DNA from: Octopus vulgaris
Taxonomy: Eukaryota
DNA: 64,000 bases
NCBI GenBank assembly: GCA_951406725.2
Contig: OX597825.1
Location: forward strand, 87,730,001 to 87,794,000
Reading direction: 5' to 3'
Below, one piece after another: positions 1-12,849 of the stretch (its first letter is position 1; each line of letters begins with the position of its first letter). The notes below the pieces were generated by a model. It saw only the letters and a list, made by a program, of their open reading frames with translations, did no database searches and was not told the DNA's origin. The translations under genes and the position numbers were made by a program.

Positions 1-379
1 GAGATAAGTTTGTGAACAGCCTATGGAGGTCGTAGATTTTCATATTCCATGCTTTAGACATTTTGGCGCCACAGATCTGTTTCAGACATATGGTTCATGT
101 TATGAAATGTCATGGATTATATTTACCACACAGAGTTCATCAATTTACTTGAAATAATGTAAGATTTTTGCACATATCTCTGCTTTCCAGATGATGCTGT
201 ATTTGAAAAGGACATTCATTACAAATAGCGATAAAATATTTTGCGTGGTGACATCGGAACTAAGCGAAAACCTGTCAGTGGTTTTGTAGCTGCCGATAAA
301 CTAACAGAAACCAAAAGTATGGGTAAACACGATTAAGTCAATGTATACAAAATCTATTTTATATTTTATTGCAAACCAA

Positions 380-380
<1 letters not shown>

Positions 381-424
<44 letters not shown>
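381..424. repeat. (TG)n microsatellite
   Basis: Direct tgtgtg run; source of the THTH ORFs. Confidence 0.95.
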
Positions 425-426
<2 letters not shown>

Positions 427-694
427 TTGTGTGAGTTGAAATACAAGTGTGTGTATATTGAAATATAAGCTTACTTGAAACCATGCAAGAGCACGTACAG
501 ATACACACACATATACATATGCATTCCTTCCTTCCTATCAACCTACCTACAAATTTACCTATCTCTCTACATACATGCGTGCATACACACGTATGTACAT
601 ACCCATATACTTACACACACACACACACACATACACACATATATAACTAGCGATGTAGTTTGATACCTAGCAATCCAATAATAGTTGTAAAACA

Positions 695-695
<1 letters not shown>

Positions 696-782
<87 letters not shown>

Positions 783-808
783 ACTTCTCCCGCCGCTTCT
801 GCTGTCGC

Positions 809-837
<29 letters not shown>
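696..837. repeat. Compound microsatellite (ACT)n-(GCT)n-(TA)n
   Basis: Adjacent trinucleotide and dinucleotide runs; source of the polyT/polyA/polyS ORFs. Confidence 0.95.
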
Positions 838-840
<3 letters not shown>

Positions 841-1065
841 CCTGTGTCAGTTGTGCTTATATGAAATGATAACAATGAGTTTAACAATAACAGTTCATTT
901 AGCAATGAAAAGAAAAATAGGGACGTCTCGGGTGAGTGTACTACAGAAGACTGCGTCGGGTGCCAAAGAGCGAACTGAATGAATTTCAATGATTTAAAAC
1001 TATTAACACCGAGTCAATTCCAGTTATGACGTATAGTTTACAGATCAGATGGAAACTTATTTATA

Positions 1066-1570
1066 GGCGTTGGAAAGGCTGTGTGCTGAGAAGCTTCCTT
1101 CCCAACCACATGGTTCCGGGTTCAGTCCCACTGTGTGGCACCTTGGACAAGTGTGTTCTACTATATCCATGGGTCAACGAAAGCCTTGTAAGACGATTTG
1201 GTTGATGGAAACAGAAAGAATCATATCGTCTATCTATCCATCCATCCATCCGCCAGTCTATCTATCTATCTATCTATCTATATATCTATCTTTCTATCTA
1301 TCTATCCTTCTGTCTGTCTGTTTGTCTGATTCTCTGTCTATCTATTTATTTATCAATCTTCCGTCTGTCTGTCTGTCTATCTGTCTATTCACATGCGTGT
1401 CTGTGTTTGTCCCGCACCACTGATTATCAACAGGATTTGGTATGTTTATGTCTCCGTAACCTGGCGGTTTGCCAAGCGGGTTGGCAAAAGATGAACCAGT
1501 CTAAAAAATGTTCATGGTGGTGCTCCAGCATGGCCGCAGCCTAATGGATGAAACAAGTAAACGATAATAG
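1066..1570 (+). mobile_element. tRNA-derived SINE, family A (internal microsatellite)
   Basis: Head ggctgtgtgctgagaagcttccttcccaaccacatggttccgggttcagtcccact (A/B-box-like), central caccttggacaagtgt, internal (TATC)n, tail gtgctccagcatggccgcag...tgaaacaagtaa. Six further copies in the window. Confidence 0.85.
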
Positions 1571-1730
1571 ATACAACATAGAAATATCATGAAACTAGAC
1601 ATTGAGGACGCAATGAGTATAGGACGCTGTCCATGGTCAGTCGCCGGAGAGACTCCAGTCAGTCTCTCCATCCACAAATATATATTGTGTGTGTGTTTGT
1701 GTGTTTGTCTGTGTGTGTGTGTGTGTGTGC

Positions 1731-2153
1731 TTTGAGTATGCGTATGAACGTTTCTCTTTGGAATGCAGTGTTGTATGATTGACTGAAATATTCATTGAGA
1801 AAATGTAAAACAATTTGAATTGAAACGGTTTGGTGCTGTATATATTGTTACAATAAATGTTCAAAATTCATCAATTCCGTTTTTCGTCCCATTTCTCTAT
1901 TCCTAATGTGACACCCACTCCTTCTTGTCTTCATTGTCTAAACTCATATTGTTTTGACACTTGAACTCTTCCCAACATTAGATTCACAATTAAGTAACTC
2001 TTGATAATTAGTTAGTTGAAAAAAAAAGAGAAAACAAAAAGAAAACAGCACCAAACCGTTGCAATTCAAATTGTTTTACATTTTCTCAATGAATATTTCA
2101 GTCAACCCTACAACACTGCATTCCAAAGAGAAACGTACATACGCATACTCAAA
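1731..2153. repeat. Inverted repeat, 109-bp arms (1731-1839 / 2045-2153), flanked by (TG)n and (CA)n
   Basis: Arms are reverse complements with about 4 mismatches by manual comparison. Confidence 0.92.
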
Positions 2154-2705
2154 CACAAACTCACACAAACACACACACGCGCACGCACATACACGCATTC
2201 ACATTTGCAGACGTGTGTTTAAACGCATACCCCCTATAAATACTTCCTCATAAATACAATGCCAAAGTCACAATAGAAGAAATCCTAAATTAAAATAAAC
2301 GAAAAAGTCCCACCGACCTCACCCCCCCCATTGACAGACAATCATGCAAAACCCTTCTGTGTTATCTTCATTTTTTTGTAATCGCTGTGTTTTGTTTTCC
2401 TTTTTTTGTCAGTAATGGAACCACAAATCCAACTAAGGTATAGAAATTTCGAATTTTCCACAATGAATTCTTGCATTAAAAACTCTGTATTTAGGCCCGT
2501 CGGGTTATGAGGGAAAACTTATTCAATCCAATCTTTCATTCTTTAATTCTCGCATACACTCTCTCTATATGTGTACAAAAGTATATCCATGGGCAAATGT
2601 GTGCGTTTACGTGTGCGCGCTCGTGTATGTCAGTATGAACCTATATGCGCATGTATATGTATAATAGGAGAAAGAACTTTATGTATATATATATATACCT
2701 TTATC

Positions 2706-2772
<67 letters not shown>

Positions 2773-2773
2773 T

Positions 2774-2807
<34 letters not shown>

Positions 2808-3040
2808 CTTTATTCGCCAGCGTCGTCTTCTCGTTTCTGAGAATTTCTTCTTTTTTTAGTTGATCTGGTTATGCCGATATTTTCGTTGGAAAATTTTCCT
2901 CAGATTTCTCTCTTTGTCTGTCTATGCGTCTTTGTGTCTGTCTGTATGTCTGTCTGTTTCTCTCTCTCTTTGTTCACCAACACCTACACACACACACGCG
3001 CGCGCGCAATAGACAGGCAGAGATAGTATTAGTCAGTTTA

Positions 3041-3215
3041 TGGTGGTGAGCTGGTAGAGTCGTTAATACGCCGGGCAAAATGCTTAGCGGCATTTCGTCC
3101 GTCTTTCATCCTTTCGGGATCTATAAAATAATTACCGGTTGAGCACTGGGGTAGATGTAATCGACTTAACCCGTCCCAGAAATTTCTGGCCTTGTTCCAA
3201 AATTCTAAACCAATA
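3041..3215 (+). mobile_element. tRNA-derived SINE, family B (internally deleted)
   Basis: ggtggtgagctggtagagtcgttaatacgccgggcaaaatgcttagcggcatttcg...cactggggtagatgtaatcgact; homologous to the copies at 8.3, 18.1, 29.0, 30.7 and 31.3 kb. Confidence 0.85.
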
Positions 3216-3399
3216 TTAGCCGAGTTTTCATATGAACTCAACATCGTTTTAATGATAAAATTCCAATCTCACTAAAACACAGATTTTAAAGTAGGTGCTT
3301 TACAATGTCAGTGAATGGAGGGTGATGTCTGCCTGCCACTTATAGGTTTTCACATACCGGAGCAGTAGCTAGAACTTAAAGTACTTCTCATTAATTACA

Positions 3400-3900
3400 T
3401 TAGGCTGGGGAAGAAATTGCAGAAGTTTGTAAATATACATTGAAGAAATTCTCTAGCGTAGTTTGAGTAAATGATTAAAAGAATGAGGTGTTAGATGTAT
3501 CAAAGTTGAGAAACGTATATCGCGTATCTACGTGTGGAGGTGACAGGTAGGTATCTATTCAAGTGAAGATGAAGAAATGTTTAAGGAGAGGGCAGCTGGA
3601 AAAAGATAAATAAACGTGTTTGTGAATGATTGATTGATGAATATTGGCCCATGGATATTTGCTCAAGAGCTAGATTGTTTCTCTTTTGCTCCTAATACGG
3701 TGTCTTCATGTGCGTTGTAGTAGTAGCAGTGGCATCCATATTTCAAACAGAGCTGAAGAACTGGATTTCACAGAAGTCCTAATACCTTTTATGTTGGATT
3801 GATAATATTATGTATGGCTGGTCGTCGTGAAGCATGAAAAGGTCTTTGGGAAAGTTACAAGTCCGCTGTCAAGTCAAGCGGTTTTGTGAGGTGCCATTTG
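3400..3900 (-). mobile_element. Highly decayed CR1/Jockey-like LINE 3' fragment
   Basis: Minus-strand translation gives remnants like PVLQLCLKYGCHC and QSFTNT, resembling the RPxLEYCSxxW region downstream of RT; many stops. Confidence 0.35.
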
Positions 3901-4728
3901 TAATATTGTTTTCTTTAAATAGTCCGTTGTTGCTGTTGTTGTTGTTGTTGTTGTTGTTGTTGCTGATTACTTTTTAAAACGTTGTGTCAACAGGTGAACA
4001 TTGAATGATGTACATTGAATGGCGGCCACAAAATATCTGTCCAAGAAACAAAAAGTGTAATCTAGAACAGTGAATAGTAATTTAATTTATTTGGTAGTGA
4101 GTGTTGCTAGAACTCTTTAATACAACATTAAGTTAGATTGGTTGTAATCTGTTGGCACTTCATCAAATGCTGAGAGTTACTTAAGAAAGATATGAAATAA
4201 ACGAAGTGTCAGGGCCGCAGTCACAGCATACAGGCTACTACGCAGCGACCAGTGGTATTCTCTCGTTTTATCGATCAGGTAATTTACAGCTCAAGAACTC
4301 GGGTATGCTGTCAAATTGAGAATATATTCAAGTTATCATCCTTTAACATGCCAATAATAATTTTTGGAAGCAATTTGTGCTTGTAAATGGGATTTTGCCA
4401 AGAATGAAGATGGCAGTAAGTAAATTTGTGGATAGTGTTTGTGTGAGAAATACAATTGATTTACATCATAGAAAGCATACACAACAATAGTTTGTATGGG
4501 GAGAAAACACCCGTGTATAGATATTTATGTCAAACATCTCTCTCGCGGTTTCGTCTGCCATTAGAAAACATGTAATATACTTTCGAATAATATGTTGTAT
4601 ACAATATATATAAAACATAATCCCAAACATATACAATTTTCTATTGTAATCATGCGCATCTTGACTTTTTCCTCTCCTCACATACTACAAAAACAAATAC
4701 AAAACATGCCCACATGCCGGCGTCATTT

Positions 4729-4729
<1 letters not shown>

Positions 4730-4779
<50 letters not shown>

Positions 4780-4807
4780 TGTGTGTGTGTGTATGTATGA
4801 ATGCACA

Positions 4808-4843
<36 letters not shown>

Positions 4844-4847
4844 TTAT

Positions 4848-4928
<81 letters not shown>

Positions 4929-4958
4929 GTGTGCATTCATACATACACACACACATGC

Positions 4959-4992
<34 letters not shown>

Positions 4993-4996
4993 TTAT

Positions 4997-5053
<57 letters not shown>
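4730..5053. repeat. Compound (TA)n/(TG)n/(CA)n microsatellite with an internal palindrome centred near 4870
   Basis: tgcatgtgtgtgtgtgtatgtatgaatgcaca...tttata is mirrored as tataaa...tgtgcattcatacatacacacacacatgca. Confidence 0.85.
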
Positions 5054-5057
<4 letters not shown>

Positions 5058-5499
5058 CCCAGTGTATGTACACTGATTGCATTGTGCTGCATTAAGAAAT
5101 AACCTTATCAAACACTGGTGATGTATGTTGAATGTTTATGTGATATTTCCATAAAACCGGGATATGTAAATGCAGTTAGTATCTGGGTTGAGCTAATGTT
5201 TGTCTGAGACTCCTCTAAGTCAGATTGATTTTCAAGTAAAATACTCGTCTTGTGTATATTTCTATATGCTGTTGCTTGGCGTGTTAGCAGTTGTGTGGTT
5301 CACTCACCTCTGCATGAAAATATATTCATATCTTTATATCTTTTGCTAAATCACGCTTAAATCTCTCTTAGGTAATAAAAAAGAGAATTATTTTGACACA
5401 CGTTAGTTACCGATAGAAATGTGCAAACTAACACACTGCTGCATGGATGGGAATTACGTTTTCTCCTCATATCACAGCAGGAAAGTAAGAGGAAAGCAA

Positions 5500-7383
5500 A
5501 TCATATGATGCATTGTACGTAGAATGTCTTGCATTTCAGTCGATGCAGTCGGATATGTGGTGTTGTGATACTTGTTCAAGGATGTTCAGCGTTGATTTCA
5601 ATCCAGCGAAAGTAAAAGAATAGGTTAAGTGTTCAATAAAATCCCAACCCAATCATGTTATCATGTGCTCCCTCACCATCACTTTTCCTTACTTTCTATC
5701 TCTCTCCCTCTGAATCTCTTTCGCTCCCTCTGAAACTCTCTCCCCCTCTCTCCAGCTGACACAACCTGGATGTTTCACAGGTCGACCAGGTAAACACCAC
5801 TGGGTGTCAGTATCTACCCAAAACCATTAGCAACATTATTCTAGCTGCTACTTTGTCATAAAATTCCAAGATAAAATCCTATGTATTACGAATGCATCTC
5901 TAAATATACTTCAAGATTAAGAAATCCCATCAGGAATTCTTCTTGGCTTGCAGCTTATACGTTGCCAACGAAATATAACTTTTGCATTTGTCTTCAAAGA
6001 GTTGAGTGCTCAAAGCATGGCCTGTTGGTCCCATTAACGGAAATCGACTCAAGACATGAATCATTGACCTCGGCAACGCCGGTGAGCTCCAATAACATAG
6101 GCTCTCGTTCGTTATTGCTTCCATTAGGAACATGCTACTCATTCTGCTGTTATTGGAAGTTTTGATGATTATCGGGATGAAGATCTGGAAGAGAATATCT
6201 ATGTTGAAACAACGGATTGTAGTAGAGATGTTCATATAAGCAGAATAAAAGCAGGAAATGGAACCGGTTAGGCAACTGTATGTCCACTGAATAATCAGCT
6301 GTTTCCTGTGGTTGTAAAAAGAAGATTAGCTAATTCGCTTTGCCTCAAGTGACCAATTAGAGCATTGTATAAATACTTTTGCTACATACCCATTGTCAGT
6401 CAATGAAAAATTACCCGTGTGTTGAATAGCCATCCTTTCATCGCAAAATGCATTCACACTGACTTCTAATATTTATCGCTGCCTAAACTTTCTCAACCCG
6501 TCACTTGTTACGCCTTGATATGCTTCAAATAATTGTTGTTGTTGAGTGAAATCAAACAAAGTGAATTTCATGAACTGGCAATCAATATTCGAAATAATCT
6601 ATAACAGAAACAGACTTGAAAGACTCTCAAACAATTATTTCTCACCATTATTTTTTCTCTTTAATGTAAGCATTTTTCATATCTTCTTCGAACTAATAGT
6701 AGAATAGATAAGGAGCATTTGAAAAAAATAAATTTCATTCATATATCTGACCCGTTCAGCGACATTACAAGTGAAATTCTGTTGTTCAGTGACGTCTTTA
6801 ACAGTTTCATAGACAACTCTATCCACAGCACACTGACACGCGAAACACGTTTCTTTCCTCACATCCTAAAACAATGTTTTGAAAAGGAAGCATTCGGATG
6901 CATTATACATAACTGTAATTATTATCAATAGGATGGCTTCAGGGAAGTCCAAAAGAATTGTTTTCCCTGAGGCAACCTCTCCAAAAACATATTGACAGGG
7001 TATCAACAAACTCGGAATGCCTCGAACCCGTTTCGTAACGATTCCCAATATTAGGTGTGTGATTTTATCAGCTCCACATTTTCCTCAGTCACACCCAAGT
7101 CATTATCTTCCCAAATGAAATACTATACTTCTACTGGCATGCGATTTGTCCTACTCTGGATTCTCTCACAGATAATACATTGTGGAAGTATGATGTGTCT
7201 TGTGAGTGTCGGGAGATTTCAGCAAGAATAATAACTCTCTCGCTATTGATGTTGTCAATTTGAACAGTCATGGTTACGTAGCCTTAACATACTTATACGC
7301 ATGCTTGCATACATTCATATAAAGTTATATATAAGTATATGTATATATGTACACACAGACACTCGCGCACACATACACTCACA

Positions 7384-7473
<90 letters not shown>

Positions 7474-9300
7474 CATATATATAAAGAAGTTTCAGGATGT
7501 TATTGACAGATATCCCCACGGAATTTCCTTGTGGATTATTATAACTGTTCAACGTGAAACACTGATGTTTGTTAGAAGCAACAATACTTCGGCTGTCAAC
7601 GGTACGGTTGTCGAATCACACATTTTAGTCGTTTTCCATATATTTGACATCGTCAATATTTATTTCACTATGTTCCATGGATCCTCCAGAGAAATCGTTA
7701 TTGCATTTACCATTCTTCATGCAATAGGATTCAGATTGCCAGAGGGATCATGAATCATGGATTCCTTAAAGGTTTCTTGAACAGTTGTCACTGTATATCG
7801 ACCAAATATTTCCGTGCCTAATACTTTGTTTTGTTGCGTCATTAAACTCATTTTCTCCATTTTGTATTATCAAGATATCGGCATCACATAATCCTCTTTC
7901 TTAGAATTTGATACAATATTAATATGCCTTAATAGTTTCCCAAATATTTTGCACGGTTGCTTTCAAAGATTCTGTAATTTCTACCTTACGTGTACCTGTC
8001 ACAATACCTGGCTTCTAAACCAGATTATCTCTAATATTATACCAGAAATAATTCGATAGTAAAGAAATTTCTCCTTAGGACATTCTCACTGTGGTGGCGT
8101 TCAGTGATGCAGCATGGAAATGATGGTGATAAAATAAGTGTACGCCATTTAGAAGTCGTTGCATGACATGGAACAATAGCCATTTAATTGGTGTTGGACA
8201 ATGTTCAAGTCGGAGACGTCCTACTTTATTAAATGCGTAATTCAAATAATTTGAGTCACCTTAAAGATGAAATTATTCAATCTATTGGTAAAATGAGTTG
8301 AAATTACAACAGTGGTGACAACTTAGTTCTCAATAAAGACCGAATAATGGTTTCAAATTTTGCCACAAGGACAGCCATTCTGTGGGAGGGGACGAATCGA
8401 TAACATCGGCACAGTGTTCAACTGGTACTTATTTTATCGACTCCGAATTACTGCTGAGCATTTCGTCCGGCATGCTAACGGTTCTGCTAGCTCGCTGCCT
8501 TAATAGGGACAGAATAATAACAGAATAATAAATGGGAATTTTGACCTCGGTGAGGCCAGAGTATATTCATATGGTTTAGGGAAGTTGTATAATTTTTGGG
8601 GTAAACAAGAAATTTATGCTCAAAATGCTGATTCGCGTCAGTATTTCTAAATAACCATTGTCTCTTTAATGGCAGCGTAGAATTCAGAACGCCGCCCTTC
8701 ATTGTTTTGCTCTTATTTGACTACCATATTGAATACTTGTATTCTTTGGGCTGCTTGTTGAACTGCTTGACATCCAACATCACTTGACATGTTATACCCG
8801 AACGCACAAACACTGTTTGCTCTGCTGATCCGATCTAAAATAATTTATAATATCAGAGATGCATTATCCTTCATTCTTTTGATTCTGTAATCTAATATCA
8901 GCGATCAGGTTTGTAGGAGCTACATTAAATCGGACAGATTGTCAAGATTCTCCAACAGTAGAATACGTATTGCAGATGCAGTAAGAGATTTCTCCATGGA
9001 TACATACGAAATACGGCTCACCACTCAATATGAGCAACCACTGAAGCGAATGACACCCCTGTGTTGTAAGATCTAATCTTGTCTTTGAAGTGTTTGTAAT
9101 GAGGATTACTTACTCGAGAAATTACAAATACGCGCTGGTATGTCTCTCCGGTTAGACAATATCATTCTGACTTTGGCTAGCCTAATATTGCATTTTCCAA
9201 TTCAGTAACTCAGATTTAATAGACGAAACAAACATATTTAGCTCTACTAAATTAGAAGACATTATTCAAAGGTCCGTAAGAACGACGCAAAAGATTTCTT
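5500..9300 (-). mobile_element. Decayed autonomous Helitron (Rep-helicase pseudogene)
   Basis: Colinear minus-strand motifs: KHFKDKIRSYNTGVSFAS and PYFVCIHGEI (~9.1-9.0 kb); HUH region IKF*ERGLCDADILII (~7.9 kb, cf. IEFQKRGLPHAHILI); MIHDPSGNLNP..CMKNGKC (~7.75 kb, cf. MIHGPCG..NP.SPCMKDGKC); PIF1-type KYLYNALIGHLRQ..FTTTG..LFSGHTVA (~6.35 kb). Interrupted by microsatellites and a SINE. Confidence 0.85.
8345..8501 (-). mobile_element. SINE family B copy inserted in the Helitron
   Basis: Reverse complement of the family B head (aaggcagcgagctagcagaaccgttagcatgccggacgaaatgct) and tail (ccttgtggcaaaatttgaaacc). Confidence 0.85.
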
Positions 9301-10001
9301 ATAAATAAATTACTGTGGATAATTATTTTGAACTTTTGCCATTCTTACTTTTTCGATTAATGATTGTATTTCATTTTCATGTGTCGATGTTTCTTCAGCA
9401 ATAAGAATATTTGATTCCATTCAAGCATTTTAATACGCTTACATTTCATTTTAGTCTTACACTCTTGAGATATTTTCCATCATACCTTTTCGATCGATGA
9501 TATCGTTTGTCCTTTTTTCTTCCTCTTCTCTCTTTTTTCTTTTAAGCATCCTCATCACTTGTTTTTAGAGCTCTGCTGCAGCTGCTTCATTAGGTTCGGG
9601 TTTTGTACTTTACAGAAGCGCTGCTTCTTCTTCTCTTCTAATCCACACCAACTATTGACTTTTTGTGGTAGATTTTTGCTTTCTTTCTTCAAGTAGAAGT
9701 GGACCACTTCGACTAGAAAACTCCTTCCAGTGTGAAGCAATTACCATTTATATATTTCTTCATTTTCTTTGCGATTCACTTTCCTTACAATTTGGAGAGA
9801 TATTCTTTCGTGTTGAATTGCTTGCATTCTTCCATCCAAGGCTTCTATATTCAGGAAATATTTGCAAAATCGAAATATAAAGATTTTTAACAAAAAGAGT
9901 ATTAAAGTTCGATACGTGGGACACTCAGCCATTTACACCATAACAGAATTCGCAGACTTAATATGTGAATATAACGGAAATTCTCAACATGGAATTGAAG
10001 C

Positions 10002-10048
<47 letters not shown>

Positions 10049-10059
10049 CATACATATAT

Positions 10060-10151
<92 letters not shown>

Positions 10152-12362
10152 GTGTGTGTGTTTCGATAAAAAGTCTGATGTAGGTACAGAGTAAGTTGAA
10201 GAAAATAGTACTCGAATACCTTAGAGTATTTGTTCAGGGTATGTTATTAGAGTTGAAAAGACTCCCCATATACAATGCATTGTTCTAAATGCAACTGCTG
10301 GGTTTGTGTGTACGTGTGTCCTCTCGCGCGCACATATTTATCTATTATTCTTGCGTATCTTTATATAGATTATACATCAAGTGATATATAATGTTATTTT
10401 GTAGTGGAGGTTGCATTATATTTTTTATAATACAAATGCTATAAATTCGGTATATTTGGTTATATGTGAAAACTTATAATTCAATAAATTACGACGTATT
10501 TTATAATTATACGAAGGAGAATAGTATTAATATTTACGATGGAAACCACTAGTGTTTTTGTCGTAAACATTCATAATTCCGTCGTCCTCATTTGAACGTT
10601 TAAAGCCACGTTTGCAATGGTATACACTGACAGTTTACAAACCTTTGAAACTCTCTACTTTGGTGGTATGTTTGCTAGATTCCTCACTTGCAATAAAACT
10701 ATCTCAATACATTCGAAAGCTTACATTTATAGTCCTATATGTTTCATCTTCCTATATTTTAATGAGATATTCAGCTAACACGACTATACACCTTAAGATT
10801 TATACAACCTTACAACATATGTTGTTGGAATGTGGATTTGACTTAAACATATTTATCTCGTTTCCAATCATAAACTCGTCAAAGAAGTTATATTTTCCAG
10901 ATGACAGAAGTTGCGAGTTTTTATATATTTCACGAACTTAATCTTTCGATTACATTACAGTTAGATTTTCGTAACCCCATTGACTATATCAGTGTGTGTG
11001 TGCCAGGAATGTTCCCTTCTACAGTTTCATGATGTCTTATCACCTACTAATTATTCACGAATGTCCGCATTCTTTTCAAAATCGCACCTTCAAAGCTTTC
11101 GTCTCATGAATATTATTTACTGGTTCCGTTTTATTCAATATTTTTGAGTGTAGTCAGATAATGCATGAGAAATAAGAACTGGTCGATATATCTTTCATTA
11201 CACTGACGTTGGAAACAGGTACGAAATATTTCACATACCATTCCGATAAAAATACAATTATGTCACCGATATTTGCAGTTTCCGCTACAACTAATACCTG
11301 CAGATGTGTAGTTAGATATAACCACATTTCCATGTCTTACATGAGGAACATTGCCGAAATATGTTGATTTAATGTGCAGCTAACTTACTATTCAATTGTT
11401 CTATGCTTTCGCTGATAATATTCGCAACATTTTCAATAGTATTTATACTATATTTATTATCTGAAGAAATACTGAATTGAATATTTATATAAAGAGTCTG
11501 TTGTTGTTGGCAGAAGAGAGCCATAGTGAGAGACGATAATATCATACATGTGTTTGCTGCTCTCGTGCTATAATATTGAAATAGAGAATTTTGACATAAA
11601 GGATATCACCAATCTGATAAGCATTCATGGTCTAATCATAATCCTATATCCGAAGCAGATTAGGTTCAGTCTAACTAACCATCATCTGGGAGTGATCTCA
11701 AGGAATATCAGATCGTACTGCGACAATTATATTTGTATAAGTTAGTACAGAATTTCTGTGAAGGCCTACAATCTAAGATATTTGAACACAATTGCAATAT
11801 ACACACAATGTATACTGAATTAACCATTAATTATCAACGACGATTTTAATATCAGAATATGGAGGGTGAGTTTTCTTTCGCCATAATGCAGTTAGCGAGA
11901 TATTCCAAACTATGATACATATATGTAACACTTTCATTGTGACTTTTAAGATTAACGAATGCTGACTGGTTAATAATTTCACTTAATTAGCACTAAGCCG
12001 TAAATTGAATCAGAACGTAGTCTATGAATTTTCATAAGGCACAATAATAAGGAAGGTTCCAGTAGTTGCAATATGGACGTGGTTCCTCGTAGGTTTTCCA
12101 GCTATTTAAATGCTTTCTCTGTTCCTAGATACGAGTGCAAATAATTATGTTGATATTTATTATAATCTCTGTATAGCTGCCTATTACTGTACAACCCTAT
12201 CAGCATAGCCATATTATCAGTATCATCAGCATTATCAGTAGAATCATAAACAGTTTTCAATTTGAATCGAGCCCAGGCTTTTTAGTTTAATATTCCCGAT
12301 AATGTCGACGTGAATGCATGGCAGCATGGAAGCTCTCTCTCTCGTTCTCTCTCTCTCTCTCC

Positions 12363-12427
<65 letters not shown>

Positions 12428-12849
12428 CCAGAGAAAAATAAATACACACTCTTGTTTCTGTAATTTATTACAGAAAAGCAGAGGCTGAACAATTATAGCA
12501 TTTATTGAAAGAAATCTGAGCTGTTACCGTATTTGGGCGTGTACTATCGTGAAACCATACGCATTTCGTTGATAAAAGAGGCCACTTGTTGCTGTCAGTT
12601 TGTTCACATGATTTACTGTAGCCTACACTGGTGACCGTGAATCTCTTTTCCAAGTAACCTTCTGACATAGGCACTTTTGTGTTCCCCAAATGTTAGCATG
12701 ATTGTTTATATACTCTTACTCAGGAATAGTTTAATCAAATATATCGACGCCAGTAGCGATTATATCGAAATCGAAGGCCAGAAACGCAAAATCGCCCCGC
12801 CACCATTTTGAACTCAGAACGTAAACACAATATACTGCTAAGTACTTCG

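Noticed and set aside
1-330. Possible exon after ttccag at ~190 with coding-like composition
   Set aside because: All three frames stop within ~35 codons and no family can be recognised.
4592-5111. Long ORFs rich in YI/CV/HT (also at 9.9, 37.2, 41.9, 50.9 and 52.2-53.1 kb)
   Set aside because: They are translations of dinucleotide microsatellites that lack stop codons; no protein signal.
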